A DNA stretch of 64,000 nt from Camelus ferus (lineage: Eukaryota). The translations under genes and the position numbers were made by a program. The notes beneath the pieces are model-generated. The model had not been told where the DNA came from. It made no database searches and worked only from the letters and a program-made list of their open reading frames with translations. The stretch's first letter is position 1. Each line of letters starts with the position of its first letter. Of the stretch, positions 1 to 13,704 are shown one piece after another. The stretch spans positions 5,396,001 through 5,460,000 of the forward strand of contig NC_045698.1 of the NCBI RefSeq assembly GCF_009834535.1, in the 5' to 3' direction.

Positions 1-608
1 GTCCTGGGATTTCACTGAGTGCCTGTTCACTTCCAGGGCGGTCAAGACTGACCCTGGCCAAAGCTTTTAGCTTTTAAAATCCTTTCTGTTCTGGATAGTC
101 CCTCTGACACACAATTTCCCTTTTAACCAAGTGCCTAGGATTTCTTACACTTTTAACAGAACTACCTATAATAATTTGTATCCTCCTAATGAATTAGATA
201 ATTGAAAGGTCACAGAATATTCTGTCTTGTAATTTTGTTTTAATCTGTAAATGTGCATGGTTTTCATCTCCACAAAGCAAGTTGTTTTCATCTTTGTTGA
301 CATTTGCCTTTAACATGTCTTCAATACAGATTTCTAAAAACTATTTCTGAAAAGTATTTGACAATACGCATGATAATTTGTATTAAACGTGCTGTGGTGG
401 GTGAGACACCATGTAATGAGTAATTCTTGTCTCAATCAAATGGGTTTAGTCATTTATCACTGGATCCAAAAGCAGAAAAAGGCATCTGCTTTCACAGTCA
501 GTTTACGAGTTGAGCAGGAGAGCTTGGAGGTGGTCCCCATGTTTACTTCGCATGCATTCCCAGGAAGGAGAGATCCTAAGTTCTCATGCGACCTTGTCCC
601 TGTCCCAG

Positions 609-778
609 TACTTTATATACAGCTGCATCCTGGGGTTGATCTCCTGTTCGGTTTTCCTGCGCGTGAACTACGAGCTGAAGATGCTGATCATGATGGTGGC
701 GCTGGTGGGCTACAACACCATCTTCCTGCACACTCACGCCCACCTCCTGGACGACTACAGCCAGGTCCTGTTTGAGAG
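609..778 (+). CDS. ADCY2: Adenylate cyclase 2, internal coding exon (~exon 18; transmembrane cluster 2)
   Basis: Boundaries tcccag|TAC ... GAG AG|gtaacc, 170 nt. Translates YFIYSCILGLISCSVFLRVNYELKMLIMMVALVGYNTIFLHTHAHLLDDYSQVLFE(R), matching recalled mammalian ADCY2. Confidence 0.97.
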
Positions 779-1035
779 GTAACCTGCTTCCTCTTGCCTT
801 CTCTTTCCTTTGTTCTTTCATGGGATGTTGATAACGTGAGTGTGTGTGGAGTAAATGCAAATTAGCACAGCCCTCGGGATTCGTTGTGTGAGTTCTGAAG
901 TGATGATTCAGGAAGATGATGTGTGTTTTTATGATAGATTACGTAGATAGGTATTATAGTCTATAACTAGAAGATATGAAATAGTTTAGAGAGACGATGT
1001 TAATAATCCGTACTGTGTTGATAAGAAGAATCTTT

Positions 1036-1260
1036 TTGCTCACCTTCAGCATTATTCATATTTTGGACTGAATAATTTCCAGGGGATTGGGGGTGCAGGT
1101 TTGTCCTGTGCATTGAAGGTTATATAGCAGCCTCCCTGGCCTCTGAGCAGAAGATGCCAGACACAGTCCCCCCACCCCTAGTCATGACAACCAAAAATGC
1201 CTCCAGACTTTGAAGAATATGCCCTGTCAGGCAGTGTGGCCCCCTCGTTCAGAAAAGCTG
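1036..1260 (-). mobile_element. MER20-like hAT-Charlie MITE
   Basis: The segment gtcctgtgcattg...agcagcctccctggcctct...gacaaccaaaaatgcctccagac matches the reverse of the recalled MER20 consensus. Confidence 0.75.
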
Positions 1261-3419
1261 AATCCATAAACACAAAAATACAGGGAAAATGAGTAGTTCC
1301 ATTCACAAGTTATAGTGCGAATTTCTTACTGAAGATTTCCTAGAACATCCTTGTGTGGAGGGAGTTCTGTCAACTGTGGCAATTCTCTGTTCTATGAAGA
1401 AACTGACTTTCAGGAAAGGATGTGACTGTGTTTACTCTGCCAGCCTTAGGACTGGGTGTTTCAAGAGTGAGAGTCTACTTACTTGGGTTTATGAAAAGTT
1501 TCCTGTGATCAAATTGCATCTCTAAGCTTATTGTGAATATTTGTTCCCTGCCTGAGGAAAAAAAAAAATGTTTTAATCAGAATATTCTCCATTTCACATC
1601 TTAACAGCAAAACCACATTTTGTATCAAATGTTAGGTTTATTTCTGGACCCACCAGGCTTCAGACTTTTTTATACTTTATTATACTTTGCATAATCCTCC
1701 ATAATACTTCTATATTTCTTTTAACATAAAGTAAATGCCTTAAATATTTGCATAGATCTGTTGCTCCGAAAAGATTGTTTGTGCTGACAACGCATGGCCA
1801 CTTCTCCACTGGAGGGGGCCAGTATCAGGAAGGTGTGCGCCTTACCATGTAAACATTTCTTACCAATAAAAATACTTTTAGAAACACAATTGCAATGCAT
1901 TCTCTTCACCTAATTTAATTTTCATCGTTCGCCACACCATGAAACCCTCCTAATCTGTAGTCAAGCTCAGGGTAGTGGAGTTGCAAAAATACATAATTGC
2001 ATTAAGGAAACTTTATGATTCCTTAGCCAAGATGAGAATGCAATCAGAAGTTAATTTTCCAATAAATTCTCAAAATCGCCAGCCAAACATGCTTTAATAT
2101 TTCTCGACTGTATCCAGAAAGCCTGGATCGAATCCCTAAGTAAATGCAGCATTATCGATCGTTATGCACAGCTGAGGACACTACTAAATTTCCCTTTATT
2201 AAATTTAAAGCTGCTGAGTATGGTACTCATCCAAAGCTGAATAAGAAACTAGATTAGCAAGTTCCTGATGGGGAGGGAATTACTCTGGGGATCCGAGAGA
2301 GACGCACCACCTCTGATTAGCACCGCGGCAGCGGTAAGGTAAGGATTTGGTTGAAGAAAAGGAGTCTGATTGTCAAGCCCTTTTGTTTCGTTCAAGATCT
2401 TTTTGTGTTTGCTCTCTTGGTTTTATCTTTATAATAACCTGAAAGCTAGGGAGGGCTGACATGAGAAGCCTCAGGGACCTGCCGTCACTTAGTAAGCCAG
2501 CATCCTCTCTAGGATGGGTGTTCCTGTCTGTCTAATCTTGGCCGTAAGGTTCTGGCACTTTCTGATTCCTGTATGAGCTGCCACAATATTCCCAGAAGCA
2601 CTCCTCTGCCAAAAGATGAAATTACTGACATAATAGCATAATACCTCAAAATTAACGGTCTTTCTGTAATATGCGTGTAAAACCCACCCCTAAAAGAGAG
2701 ACCTCGAGAGCCAGAGCTTGGAATTCCAATTCCTCCAACCTCAGTGTGTGTTTGGCGCAGCCCTGTGACTCATTATCAATGTCATGCTTTCTTTCTCTTT
2801 TCTGAGATTCAGGAGACCCTACCCCTCATCAAAGAACTGATGGAGGATTTTTCATCCTTTATCTGCTTTGTTGATGCAGTTCTTTCAGATACGAAACTAG
2901 AATCCTGAATCAATCAGTCAGTCAGTCAAGCTGGTCTGAGATGGTGCTTTGAGACTGGGCATCCTTCAGTCCCAAGGCCAGGGGTGCCCCTCACGGAGGG
3001 AGAGAGCCGGCTTAATGCAGTGCGGGCAGCACTTCCTGTTCTGATCGAGCTGGTCCTGTGTCACTGAAGTCACGTTCTTGGTCCCATCCCTTTTCTGACC
3101 TATTTCTGCTCACTGTGTCCTTGCCTCCTTTTCACTCCTGGTTTCCTATCCTTGCTCTGGTCCTCCTTCTGGGATCATGCGTGGCTGTGGCAGTCAGTGT
3201 CCTTGCTGCCCACCTCGGCCTCTGGACTGACCCCACATGGCCACCGAGCTGTCATCTCTGGGTGTGTATGAGGACTGAGCAGCCCTCCCTGCCGGAAAAG
3301 TGGAGAGCGCCCCTCTGGATGAATTGTCTCAGGTGTCTGCGGTCTGCTCACCTCTTTCTTGTGGTCCACACACTGAGGAGCTTATTAGACACTCTCAAAT
3401 CAAGGCAAGATCAGGTCTG

Positions 3420-3510
3420 AACCAAGCACCACCCGGCACCCACAGCGCCCACAGCTGTGCCTGGCATCCGGTGAGCAGGCTGAAAAAGCATCTGTTGAAT
3501 GAATGAATAA
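3420..3510 (+). mobile_element. L2 3' end fragment
   Basis: gtgcctggca...tgttgaatgaatgaat, the typical L2 tail. Confidence 0.6.
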
Positions 3511-5400
3511 GAGGCGGGCGTGTGGTCCTGAATTACCATTAGAGCCTAAATGCCGGACAGAAAAATGTCTCGCCTCACCTGCTTCCCCGAAGCCAGAGGC
3601 TCCTTGAAGATGTGACTTTTCAGAATCGACATCAGTTTTGCTTAAACCTTTAAACTTCAAGAGGAAGCTTGGAGAGGGCATGCCTGTTTATAGGGTGGTG
3701 CTGGGCCATCTTATGAACACACAGTTTGGACAGTGGTGTTGTCCTGTGAGTTCACCATGTTTCGGGGGCCTTTTCTGAGCCAGATTTGACATCAAAAATG
3801 GACAACCCAACAGGGAATTTGTTGCTGACTCTGTACAGAAAACAGGAGGAGAAGGCATAGAGAAACTCCAAACCAGTGAGTAATTCAGAACATAATATCA
3901 AAGATATTCTTAGAGATTCACGAATGAAGAAAGCCAATTTTTCAGGAGAACGAAAGACTACCTTGAGGAAGTGTGTCATTAAAATATCCATTAGAATGGA
4001 GGCCAGTGATGTCCTGGTCCTTCACTTCACCTGCCATCATGTGATTCTGATCAGTACCTCATGGTGAAGGAAGCTCAGAAGTGTCTGGTATTTAGAAAGT
4101 CCGAAAAAATATGTTTCTTAATTCTTTGGCATTTACAAGAGTCCTCCATCTTGTCTGTGGTACAAGATGTTTTGCTGAATCAGTCAACAGCAATTCTGGC
4201 GCTTTTCCATGACATGGTCTCCCAAAGCCCTCAGCCGGCACCGCTGAGGTTGCCAAATGTCCTACTCGGTGATGGTGATGGTGATGACCACTGATATTGC
4301 TGGAAGCTGTTTTCGTTTTGAAGACACTTTTCCCTTCCCATGACAAAAGCTTGCTCTGGAGTCTGTGAGGCATTGTCAGATTTTTCCTGTGAGGTTTTTT
4401 TTTTTTTTCTTGCAGAACTGAAAAGTCTCAATGGATGAGAATTATCATTCCCCATTATGTTAATCCCTGAGTGCTAGAAATATGTCTTCTGTTCTGAAGA
4501 GGTGTGGGGGATGGAGATTGGAGGCAGAGGGGCAACAAGGAGTCCAGCCTATTAGCCAGCTCTGTGTGGACACTTAGCCTAATGAAATGAATACTTTGTG
4601 GGTAGAATATAAATAAGATGCATAAGTAAGCAGCAGTGATATCCAGGACCCAGTGTCATCCAGAAGCTCTGGATTGTCGCTGGTAGAAATGTCTGCGTAC
4701 GTTTAACTTCCTGAACTTAGCAACAGCTCCAAATCAAGGATAATGATGGAAATGCTCAAAAGAACAAGTGTCACTGGGAGCCACGAGTTAAGCTGCTTCA
4801 GTGTGGAATTGTTCTGCCTTCTCTGTTTTTCCGGTGTCTCATGGAAAACCCCCAGGCTAGACTTCGATATGTTGTAATATTTTGACAGTGTCCCAGTTAG
4901 AGATCAGCTGGCGCTGAGCTCACCAGAAAGCCTGGAGGAAGATCTGCAGCAGTGATTATGCTCCGCGGAGAGGCAGGAGCAGTGCACGTCCACCCTGGGG
5001 CAGGTGGTCCCAAGGTGTTCCAAAACACCTGACATTTCTTTAAAGTCTCCTCTTTTAAATGAAGAAGAAATTTATTCCAGATTTGAATTCAAGCCCATCA
5101 TCTATCCAAAATAATACTGAAAAGATTGGAAATTACTTTCAAATGTAATATCCCAGTTTCTCTTCGTCTTCCTCATGCCCCCACCCAGTGCCAGCCCCAG
5201 CAAGTAAGGAACACACGTGTCTGCTTCTCTGTGGCTGACACCACTCGCAGGGAGCTGGGAGGCAGAGGAAGGAGGCGGGTGGTCTGAGCCACCTAATTTA
5301 ACAAAAACTCAAGTTGCCTTAGGGCTACTCAAATTCTACCAAGCTTTCTTTTCTTCCTTTAAAAGCAACTGAGATGGGGTATAGCTCAATACTATTTATT

Positions 5401-5464
5401 AGATAGATAGATAGATAGATAGATAGATACATACATACATACATACATACATACATACATACAT
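5401..5464 (+). repeat. Compound tetranucleotide microsatellite (AGAT)7(ACAT)9
   Basis: Read directly from the sequence. Confidence 0.97.
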
Positions 5465-6104
5465 GGCAACCATTAGTGACCTACTTTTTAATCTAACCTA
5501 AAAAAGAAAATGCCCTGTGGTTTGAACTCATCGCAGGAAGATACTCAATTTTTAGGCTGTTTTGTTTGTCTTGAGAATAAGGGAAGGAAAGAGATTTCAC
5601 AGAGCCTGGGCCCATAGACTGGAAAGGATATTTACTTTTTATCATCTACTCTTCAATCTATGAGGCCAAAGCCCAGAGCACAGCCCCACAGTATCTGATT
5701 GCATGGAAGGACCAGTTCTTCCCACTTAAAACCTCTCTTCTCTACAGAGTGAAACCCTGACTGCGTTAATCAGGGCACATCGTTATCTTCATAGCAAAAG
5801 GCCATCACTACCTCTCCAGCCCCACTTTTATTATCTCTCCTGACCTGAAGCTGCCTCCAGGGCTCTTTTCTAAGCAAGAGCCTATCCTTTATTACATTAG
5901 TCATTTGCAGCCCCAGAATGTTTTGCTTGGCATTTGTGAATAACACTCTGAAAAGGCATGAGGTTTAGAGCCGTCTGTCCTTGGATGACATCGGTCCTCC
6001 TTCTCTGGAAGATTGCATAGGGTTCCGGTGCATCTGTGTCCAGCCAAGGGAGGAAAGAGTCCCTAGAAATGAAATCCCTTAGGTCTTAAACCAACACAGT
6101 GATT

Positions 6105-6230
6105 GGTGCATTCATCCATTTGTTTTTACAATGCACTTTCATTGAACACCCTGTGTATCCCAGGCCTGACTGCTGGAGTCGAAGCACGTAGAGATGAATA
6201 AAATATAGTTTCTGCTCTCAAGAACTTACA
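6105..6230 (-). mobile_element. L2 3' end fragment
   Basis: cattcatccatt...attgaacacc...ctgctctcaagaacttaca, resembling a reverse-oriented L2 tail. Confidence 0.55.
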
Positions 6231-6388
6231 GAATCTCTCTGTTAGACAGTTGTGTCTCACCAGAGGCCAAAAGGAGACTTGGAGGTTGACTTCCTACAGT
6301 GCACCTAGGAACCTGTTGTCTGGGAGCTAGTGACCCAGGGTTGACTCCTGGGTTAGAAACACCTTGAAGAACTGTGGAGACCCCAAAG

Positions 6389-9300
6389 GGTGGGGGAGGA
6401 GTGATGTCACACCATGGCACAATAAGACATCACTCATTTTTGCCCCCAACAATAATTTGTAATCTCTCCATGGACAAAAGTGCCTTTGTAGGAGCTGTGG
6501 GACCCAGCCCCGTGCTGGATCCAGAAGGAGTCCTGCCCACCCTTGTGTTGGGTAGCAGCATACAGACCTTGACCCTGGCTATGGACCCTGAAGGAGCATG
6601 TGATTCACTCCAGCCTCTCTCAGCCATGGAGCCCCTGGAAAAGTGACCCATGGATGAAAGAGCCTTTGTAGAAGCCCAGGTTTCCAGAGGAGGAGGCCCA
6701 GCACACCACTGGGGCAGAAGAGGCTGGACTCGCTGAAGTGGGTAAGAGAAACGGTATGACTCTGTCCACATCACCCCTCTCCCAAGATGGCACAGCTTAA
6801 GACCAAGAGAGACGTTCTGAGTCCTTGACTTCTCCTGCAAGGGAAAACGGGAGCATGTGGGTGAGCCCCTGGCTTCCCTGGCTCTTTCCCGGCAAGAGGC
6901 CCATGTCTCTCTTGCCCCATCCAGAGTGAGTCCCAAGCTGCATGACTGGGGTTAGGAAGAAGCTGGGGGAGTGGCCGATAGGACTCTCAGGGCACTAAGG
7001 GGACACCCTGCTAACTACACTGGAGCCTTTATCAAGAAGCCCATCCACAAGCCTCTGGGAACACCTCACCCACAGATTCCCCCAGCTGGCCCAGAGGCAC
7101 CTACATCGCTCCACGTGCCTCACCCACACCCCTGCCCCGCAGTCAGCTCCCTGCACATATCCCCTCCTGATGGCAGCGTCGAGAGCGAGTTTTGGCACAC
7201 AGCGACTGAGCACGCACAGAAGGCTGGCCCAAATATGAGGGCCATGGAGAGACCACAGACTTGAACTTTAGTAAATTCTGCTTGGAAGAGAAATGGGAGA
7301 CTGTCTTCAGTTGGACTGGTGCATTGCGAGATGGAGAGAAGGCATACAAGCTTAAAGCTCCTCCACGAGAGGGAGCAAGAAAGGTGGAGTGATGTACCCA
7401 GAGAAAGTACAGAAAGCCTCAAAGCACTAGCAGGGTGGAAGGAAGGTATTTAAGCCCTGAGACAGTTAGTAAAGGCTGCAGGAAGTGACTGCTGCTTCAA
7501 GTGTGAAGATAACAGTGCAAAACTTGAAGGAACATAAAATCAAGGAAGAAAGGAACTAAAACACAGCTAGAAAACAATTCATAAGATGGCGTTAGTAAGT
7601 CCTTACCTATCAGTTTTACTCTTAAGTGTAAACGGATTGAATTCTTCCTTTAAAAGATGTAAAGTAGCTAGATGGTTTTAAGAAACAAAAAACAAAAAAA
7701 CAAAAACAAGAGCCAACTATATGCTGTCTATAAGGATTCACTTCAGCTTTAAGGACATACGTAGACTCAAAGGAATGGAAAAAGATATTTCATGCAAGTA
7801 GAAACCAAAGGAGAGCAGAGCTAGCTATACTTACATAGATAAAATAGACTTTAATCCAAAAATGGTAATAAGGGACAAAAAAGGTCATTATGTAATGACA
7901 AAGGGGTCAATCCATCTAGAAGATATAAAAATCATAAATGTATACACATCCAACATCAGAGCACTGAAATATATTAAGCAAGTACTAACAGATTTGAAAA
8001 GAGAAGTGGATAGCAATGCAATAATGGTAGGGGGCATCAGCACACCATTCTCAGCAATGATTAGAACATCCAAACAGAAAGTCAAATAGGAAACATTGGA
8101 CTTGAACTATATACGTTAGACCAAATGGTCCTGATAGACATGTATGGAACATTCCATCTAACAGTAACAGAATACACATTCTTCACAAGCACACACGAAA
8201 CATTCTCCAGGATACATCACATGTTAGGTCATAAAACATGCCTTAGCAACATTGATTGAAATTATACCCTGTATCTTTTCCAATCACAAGGTATGAAACG
8301 AGAAGTCAATAACAAGAGGAAAACTAGAAATTTCACAAATACGTTGAAGTTAAAACACACACTCCTGAACAGTCAATAGGTCAAGAAGAAATCAAAAGGA
8401 AAAATAATGTAACTTGAAACAAATGAAAATGGAAAACAATGCACCAGAACTTATAGTGTGCTGCAAAAGCAGCTTCAAAAGGGAAATTTTAATTACAAAT
8501 GCGTACATTAAGAAAAAAGAAAGATCTCAAATTGAAAACCTAACATTACACCTCAAGGAAATAAAGAAGAACCAACTAAGCCCAAAGTTCAGAAGGAAGA
8601 AAATAACTAAGATCAGACCAGAAATAAATAAAATAGAAACTAAACAAACCAATAGAAAAGATCAATGAAGCTAAGAACTGGTTTTGGGAAAGATAAACAA
8701 AATAAACAAACCTTTAGCTAGACTAAGGGGGAAAAAAGAGAGTAGCCATGAATAAAATTAGAAATGAAAGAAGAGACATTATAATTGATGCTACTCAAAT
8801 ACAAAGGGTCATAAGAGACTGCTGTGAATAATTATGCACCAACAAATTGGACAACCTAAGAGAAATGGATAAATTCTTAGGAACATACCACCTACCCAGG
8901 CTGACTCATGAAGAAATAGAAAATCTAAACAGACCAGTAATGAGAAATGAGATTGAATCAGTAACCAAAATTTCCAACAAAGAAAAGCTCAGGACCAGAT
9001 GATTTCACTAGTGAATTCTACCAAACATTTAAAGAAGAATTAACACCAATCTTCCTTAAATTTATCAAAAACAATGAAGAGGAGGAAACACACCCAAACT
9101 CATTTTATGAGGCCAGCGTTACCATGGTATCAAAGCCAGATAAGGACACTACAAGGAAAGGAAAAAAAAAAGATTAGTATTCCCAATGAATATAGATGCA
9201 AAAATTCTTAACAAAATGTTAGCAAACCAAATTGAACAGCATATTAGAAGGATCACGCACCATGATTAAGTGGGATTTATCCCTGAGATACAAGGATGGT

Positions 9301-10300
9301 TCAACACATGCAAATTAGTAAATGTGATACACCACGTTAATAGAATGAAAGATAAAAATTATACGATCATCTATCTCAGTAGATACAGGAGAAGCATTTG
9401 GTGAAATACAACATCTTCTCATGATAACTCTCAACAGATTGGGTATAGAAGGAACATATCTCAACATGATAAAAGTGGCATATAACAAGCACATAGCTAA
9501 TGTTGTACTCAATGGGGAAAGGTTGAAAGCTTTTCGTCTAAAATCAGGAACAAGAAAAGGGTGCTTCTCTTGCCATTTTTATTCTACATAGTACTGGAAG
9601 TCCTACCCAGAGCTATCAGGCAAGAAAAGAAATAAAAGATATCCAATCAGATAGGGAGATGTAAAATTGTCTTTGTTCACAGATGATATGATCTTATACA
9701 TAGAAAACCCTATAGATGCCACCAAAAATACTCCTAGAACTAATAAAAAAAAATTCAACTCAGTTGCAAGATACAAAAAGAACATATAATCAGTTGTGTC
9801 TCTATGCACTAACAGTGAAATATCTGATAAGGAAATAAAACAATCCCATTCACAATGGCATCAAAAACAAGAAAATATTTAGGAATAAATTTAACCAAGG
9901 AGGTGAAAGATCTGTACATTGAAAACCATAAGACTTTGATGAAAGAAATTGAAGAAGACACAAACAAATGCAAAGATATCCCATGTTCATGGATCAGAAG
10001 ATGTTGAACAAAAGGCACAAACTTTCAGTTAAAAAATGAGTAAGTTCTGGGGATCTAATACACAGTACAGTGATTCTAGTTAACAGTACTGTATTATGTA
10101 CTTGAAAGTTGCTGAAAGAATAGATCTTAAATATTCTCACCACAAAAAGGAAATGGTAATTATGTGAGGTGATGAGGGTGTTCGCTAATGCTACAGTGAT
10201 CATCTTTTCACTACATGTGTATCAGATCAAAACATTGTACCCCATAAACTTACACAGTGTTATATGTTAATAATATCTCAATAAAACCAGAAAGAAAATA
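6389..10300 (+). mobile_element. Decayed LINE-1 (old L1M/L1MA-type): putative 5' UTR, ORF2 endonuclease to RT remnant, and 3' UTR
   Basis: A-rich ORF2 remnant at about 7586-10000, with endonuclease peptide KKGHYVMTKGSIHLEDIKIINVY (7862-8089), RT motif LSLFTDDMILYIENP (~9667-9711) and DIPCSWI (~9974-9994). Many stops and frameshifts. The L1 3' UTR at 10000-10300 ends ctcaataaaaccagaaagaaaa. The 5' UTR assignment (6389-7540) is less certain. Confidence 0.88.
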
Positions 10301-11789
10301 ACTTTGGAGTATGTCAAAAAACCACAACCTGTCCACACAGATCACTCCCACCCCTGACTTGGGGGTGACTTAGTTGGTCAAGAAAACATACTAATGTGCA
10401 TTCTTAATCATTAAAGACGCATTTCCAGTCATTGGAAAGGACTGGTGTATTTTTAAATGACTGAGCTGTTTTAGAACTCTCCCTTCTGCTCATAGCTCAG
10501 GCAGTCATTGGAAACAAGCAGACCACCCATCAGAAAATAGGTTTGCTGCTGAATCTGAGCAGTAGGTACGGGAATTCTGGCTGAGCTGTCATCCCCGTGT
10601 TCATTGCCAGCCAGCATCACCTGGCTGGGTCCCACCCACTGTCTTGGCAACTCAGACAGAAGGAGAGTTTGGAAGCAGAGACCCGCAGGCTCCTCTATGT
10701 AGGGGAAGATACATTGACCGGGCAATCAGCTGTCTTTATTTCACCTTGTGCATTTTAACCCCTGCGTTTCCTTTCTGGAGCATTTTTGTTTGTTCTATTT
10801 TGGCCAGTGTCATCTTCTGACGTTGTAATTGAAGTCTCAGTCCTGGGCTGAGCAAAGTTCAGCGGATTCATCCTTACGGCATCATCACATTGGTCAAAAC
10901 TTTAGCTTTTTGCATCACTTGACATGGAAGATGCTTGAGGATTCAGAGGACTCTTGTCAGCAAAGCCAGGCGTTCCCTAACTTACCAGTAGAACATGGCG
11001 AAGCCAGAAGTGAAAGGATCCATCAGCTGCAGAGCATGAGGGTCTCGTGGGAGGGAGGTAGCCGTAGCCCTGGTCTCTTTGTGGGACTTTTCTTTATGAC
11101 CCTTGGACCTCAGAGGGTCAGGTGCCCAGAGGTCAGCCTACTTTTGATCCCAGTGAGGGACCTGGGAGGATCTGACTTTCCCTCAGTTTGTGAATTGTTA
11201 CCAACACAACAGAAACTAGATTTCTTACCGTACTTTTCTTAATAAATAGAGGTGTCTTATCACCTAGAAAACACGTTTTGAAACGTAATTATGTTTGTGT
11301 CTACACACCTGGGCTGCATTCTCTCCCGAGAGTAATGAATAATATGTCACACTTAGCTCACGGAGCTGTTTGCTTTATATTAAAGACTGGCTCACCAAGA
11401 AATCCCGCATCTCTAACCCGATTTGTTTGGTTTCTTTGTTCCCTTGGACTCTCGAAACTTGAGGGCCAGAATGATTGCTCCGTTACAGCCTCGGGGTGAG
11501 GGCCAGCTGTAAGTTAGTGTGTGGCTACAGGCACATTTGGGTGTCTGTCTCCAGAGCCCAATTTTTAAGTATGAAAAGTAGAATATCAAGTCACATTTTG
11601 GCTCAAACTGTCAAGAATCCTAGCGTTAGAACCCTCCTCAGTTACATTACCTCTGTCTTCCGTACTTTGTAGCAGAGTGAGGCACAGCTCTGAGATGTGC
11701 AAGGCCAAAAAGGGTTTCACCCTTAACACTTGAGGGGGGCTCACACCAGCTCGCTGATGTTTTTATATAAATGGCCGATACAACCGATG

Positions 11790-12209
11790 CATGCATTGCA
11801 TTGCCTAAAAGGAGACAGTTGATGTCCTAACCCCCAGTACCTGAGAATGTGACCTTATTTGGAAATAGGGTCACTGCACAGGTAATTAGTTAAGATGAGA
11901 CCCTGCTGGAGTCAAGTGGGCCCCCTCCCAACACAACCAGCATCCTTATAAGAAGATGGCCATGTGGAGACAGTGACACCCGTGGAGAAGGCCACGTGAT
12001 GATGAAGACAGACATTGAGTGATGCAGTGGCCAGCCAACCACCGAGGGCAGGACGAGGCTCAGAATGATTTTTCTGCAAGTTTCAGAGGGAGTGTAGCTC
12101 TACTGGAAACTGAGTCCAAACTTCCGGCCTCCAGAACTGGTAGATTTCTGTTGTTTTAGGCCACCCAGTTTGTGGCCCTTTGTTTCAGCAACTCTCGGAA
12201 ACTCATACA
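11790..12209 (+). mobile_element. MaLR (MLT1-type) solo LTR
   Basis: gtcctaacccccagtacctgagaatgtgaccttatttggaaataggg ... cggcctccagaactg ... ggaaactcataca. Confidence 0.85.
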
Positions 12210-13704
12210 ATCAACACAATGGACCCAACTGTGCCAGGAAGACATCCTGGAGTTTTATTCTACCTGTTCCGATGGTCCCTCCACGCTGCACACTCCTCTT
12301 CCTCCCGTCCTCTCCTGCACTCACCCAAAGAGCAAGGCACCCAGGCATGGATCTGTAGATAGTGAAATGCACCCTTCAAACTCCAGGAGCCCAACTGCCC
12401 TGGCCTGTGAGTGGCCCACAGGAGAGATGGACTCGCACTGGAGTCGGCAGTTCTTTGGGGCGAGATAAATAAAAGCGGCTTTTGAGAAATCTGAATGAAA
12501 TCCAAGACAGCAGGATACAGTTCTTCCCGGTTGACAGAGAACGTCAGAAGGAAGAAGGGCACCCATGGAATGGTGCACAAGTCTGTCCAACAGGCTGGGT
12601 CGTGCCTTGTCATTTGCTAGGTCCATTTAGTTCTGGACTTCCGAATGCACTGTCCAGTCCACAGTGGGAGCCTTCCCTCGTGTCGCTTCCTTCAAGTCCC
12701 CATCTCCACCCACTATTCCCAAGAAGGTTCAAGGTCTGGCAGGTAGACAGCATTTCTACCCCTAAACCAATGTTCAAATGCGTCAGTGTGATGAGTCCCA
12801 GAAAAGGATTTTTCCCACTAAGTTGCCTGTGTATGTTTTCTATGTGATTAACTGAAAACCCAGCCAGCCCCTCAACTGCATAAACAGGGTCTTACCTCTC
12901 ACTCTCCATCAGTGAGAGGGACCTGAGATGGCTCGGTGTGTTTGGGGCATCTGGGCCCTTACCTGGGAACGTAGAGGGGCCTGGGTTCTGACTGGTTACA
13001 CTGATGAAGCTACTGTAAGATCCTGACCTGGGAGCTCCCATTTTACTCCCAGTTTAGATGTACTGGGGTAGCAGGGAAAACGGGGAGACGTCATAGTGGT
13101 TTTCTGAGACCCCTGAAATTGTAAAGTAATAGGATGTTCACGAAGCAATGTGAAAATTAAAAACACCCTGCACCAGCCTCTTAGGCTGTTGGCCGTGTCG
13201 CACCACGTTTAGTAACTGGTCAGTATCCTGTCAGTATTGTCAATAGGCCATGGCGGGGAATGGGTTTAAAATTCACGGAAGCCTGCCTTGCTTATACACA
13301 TCTGCTCCCCTAAGCCACTCAGTGGTGCTGCCATGGGCTCCAAAAGGAATTTCATTTCTTAAACTGAGTCCTAGTGAGACAGAAAAGTGACGCATCTCAG
13401 CTCATGTCAGTCCCAGAGGGAAACTGGTGACCTCCTTATGGCTGACGGGCTCAGATTTCCCCAGCACCGCTGGCTTGCTAGGAGGAAAGAGCCCCAGGTA
13501 CAAGCACCTCCTGTCTAGAGGGTTCTCTGAGGTCCTGAGCCCTTCAGCCACTGGGACTGGCCATGCTGGCTCCTCGCCTTTCCTTTGCACAGGGATCTGT
13601 CATTCTGTTAATGATATTCACCAGCCCACGTTTTCTTATCTTCTTCTCTGGCTTCCTCGCTCCATCCCCTTTCTTATCACCGTGTAGTTCATGCTAAGAA
13701 TTGT

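Noticed and set aside
510..608. N-terminal extensions of ORFs overlapping ADCY2 exons (also 32153-32230 and 47845-47872)
   Set aside because: They are intronic sequence upstream of clear AG acceptors and open only by chance.
7862..9809. L1 ORF2 peptides as an active retrotransposon or domesticated gene
   Set aside because: The frame is fragmented by many stops and frameshifts, the RT motif is altered (FTDD), and ORF1 and the ORF2 C-terminus are missing.
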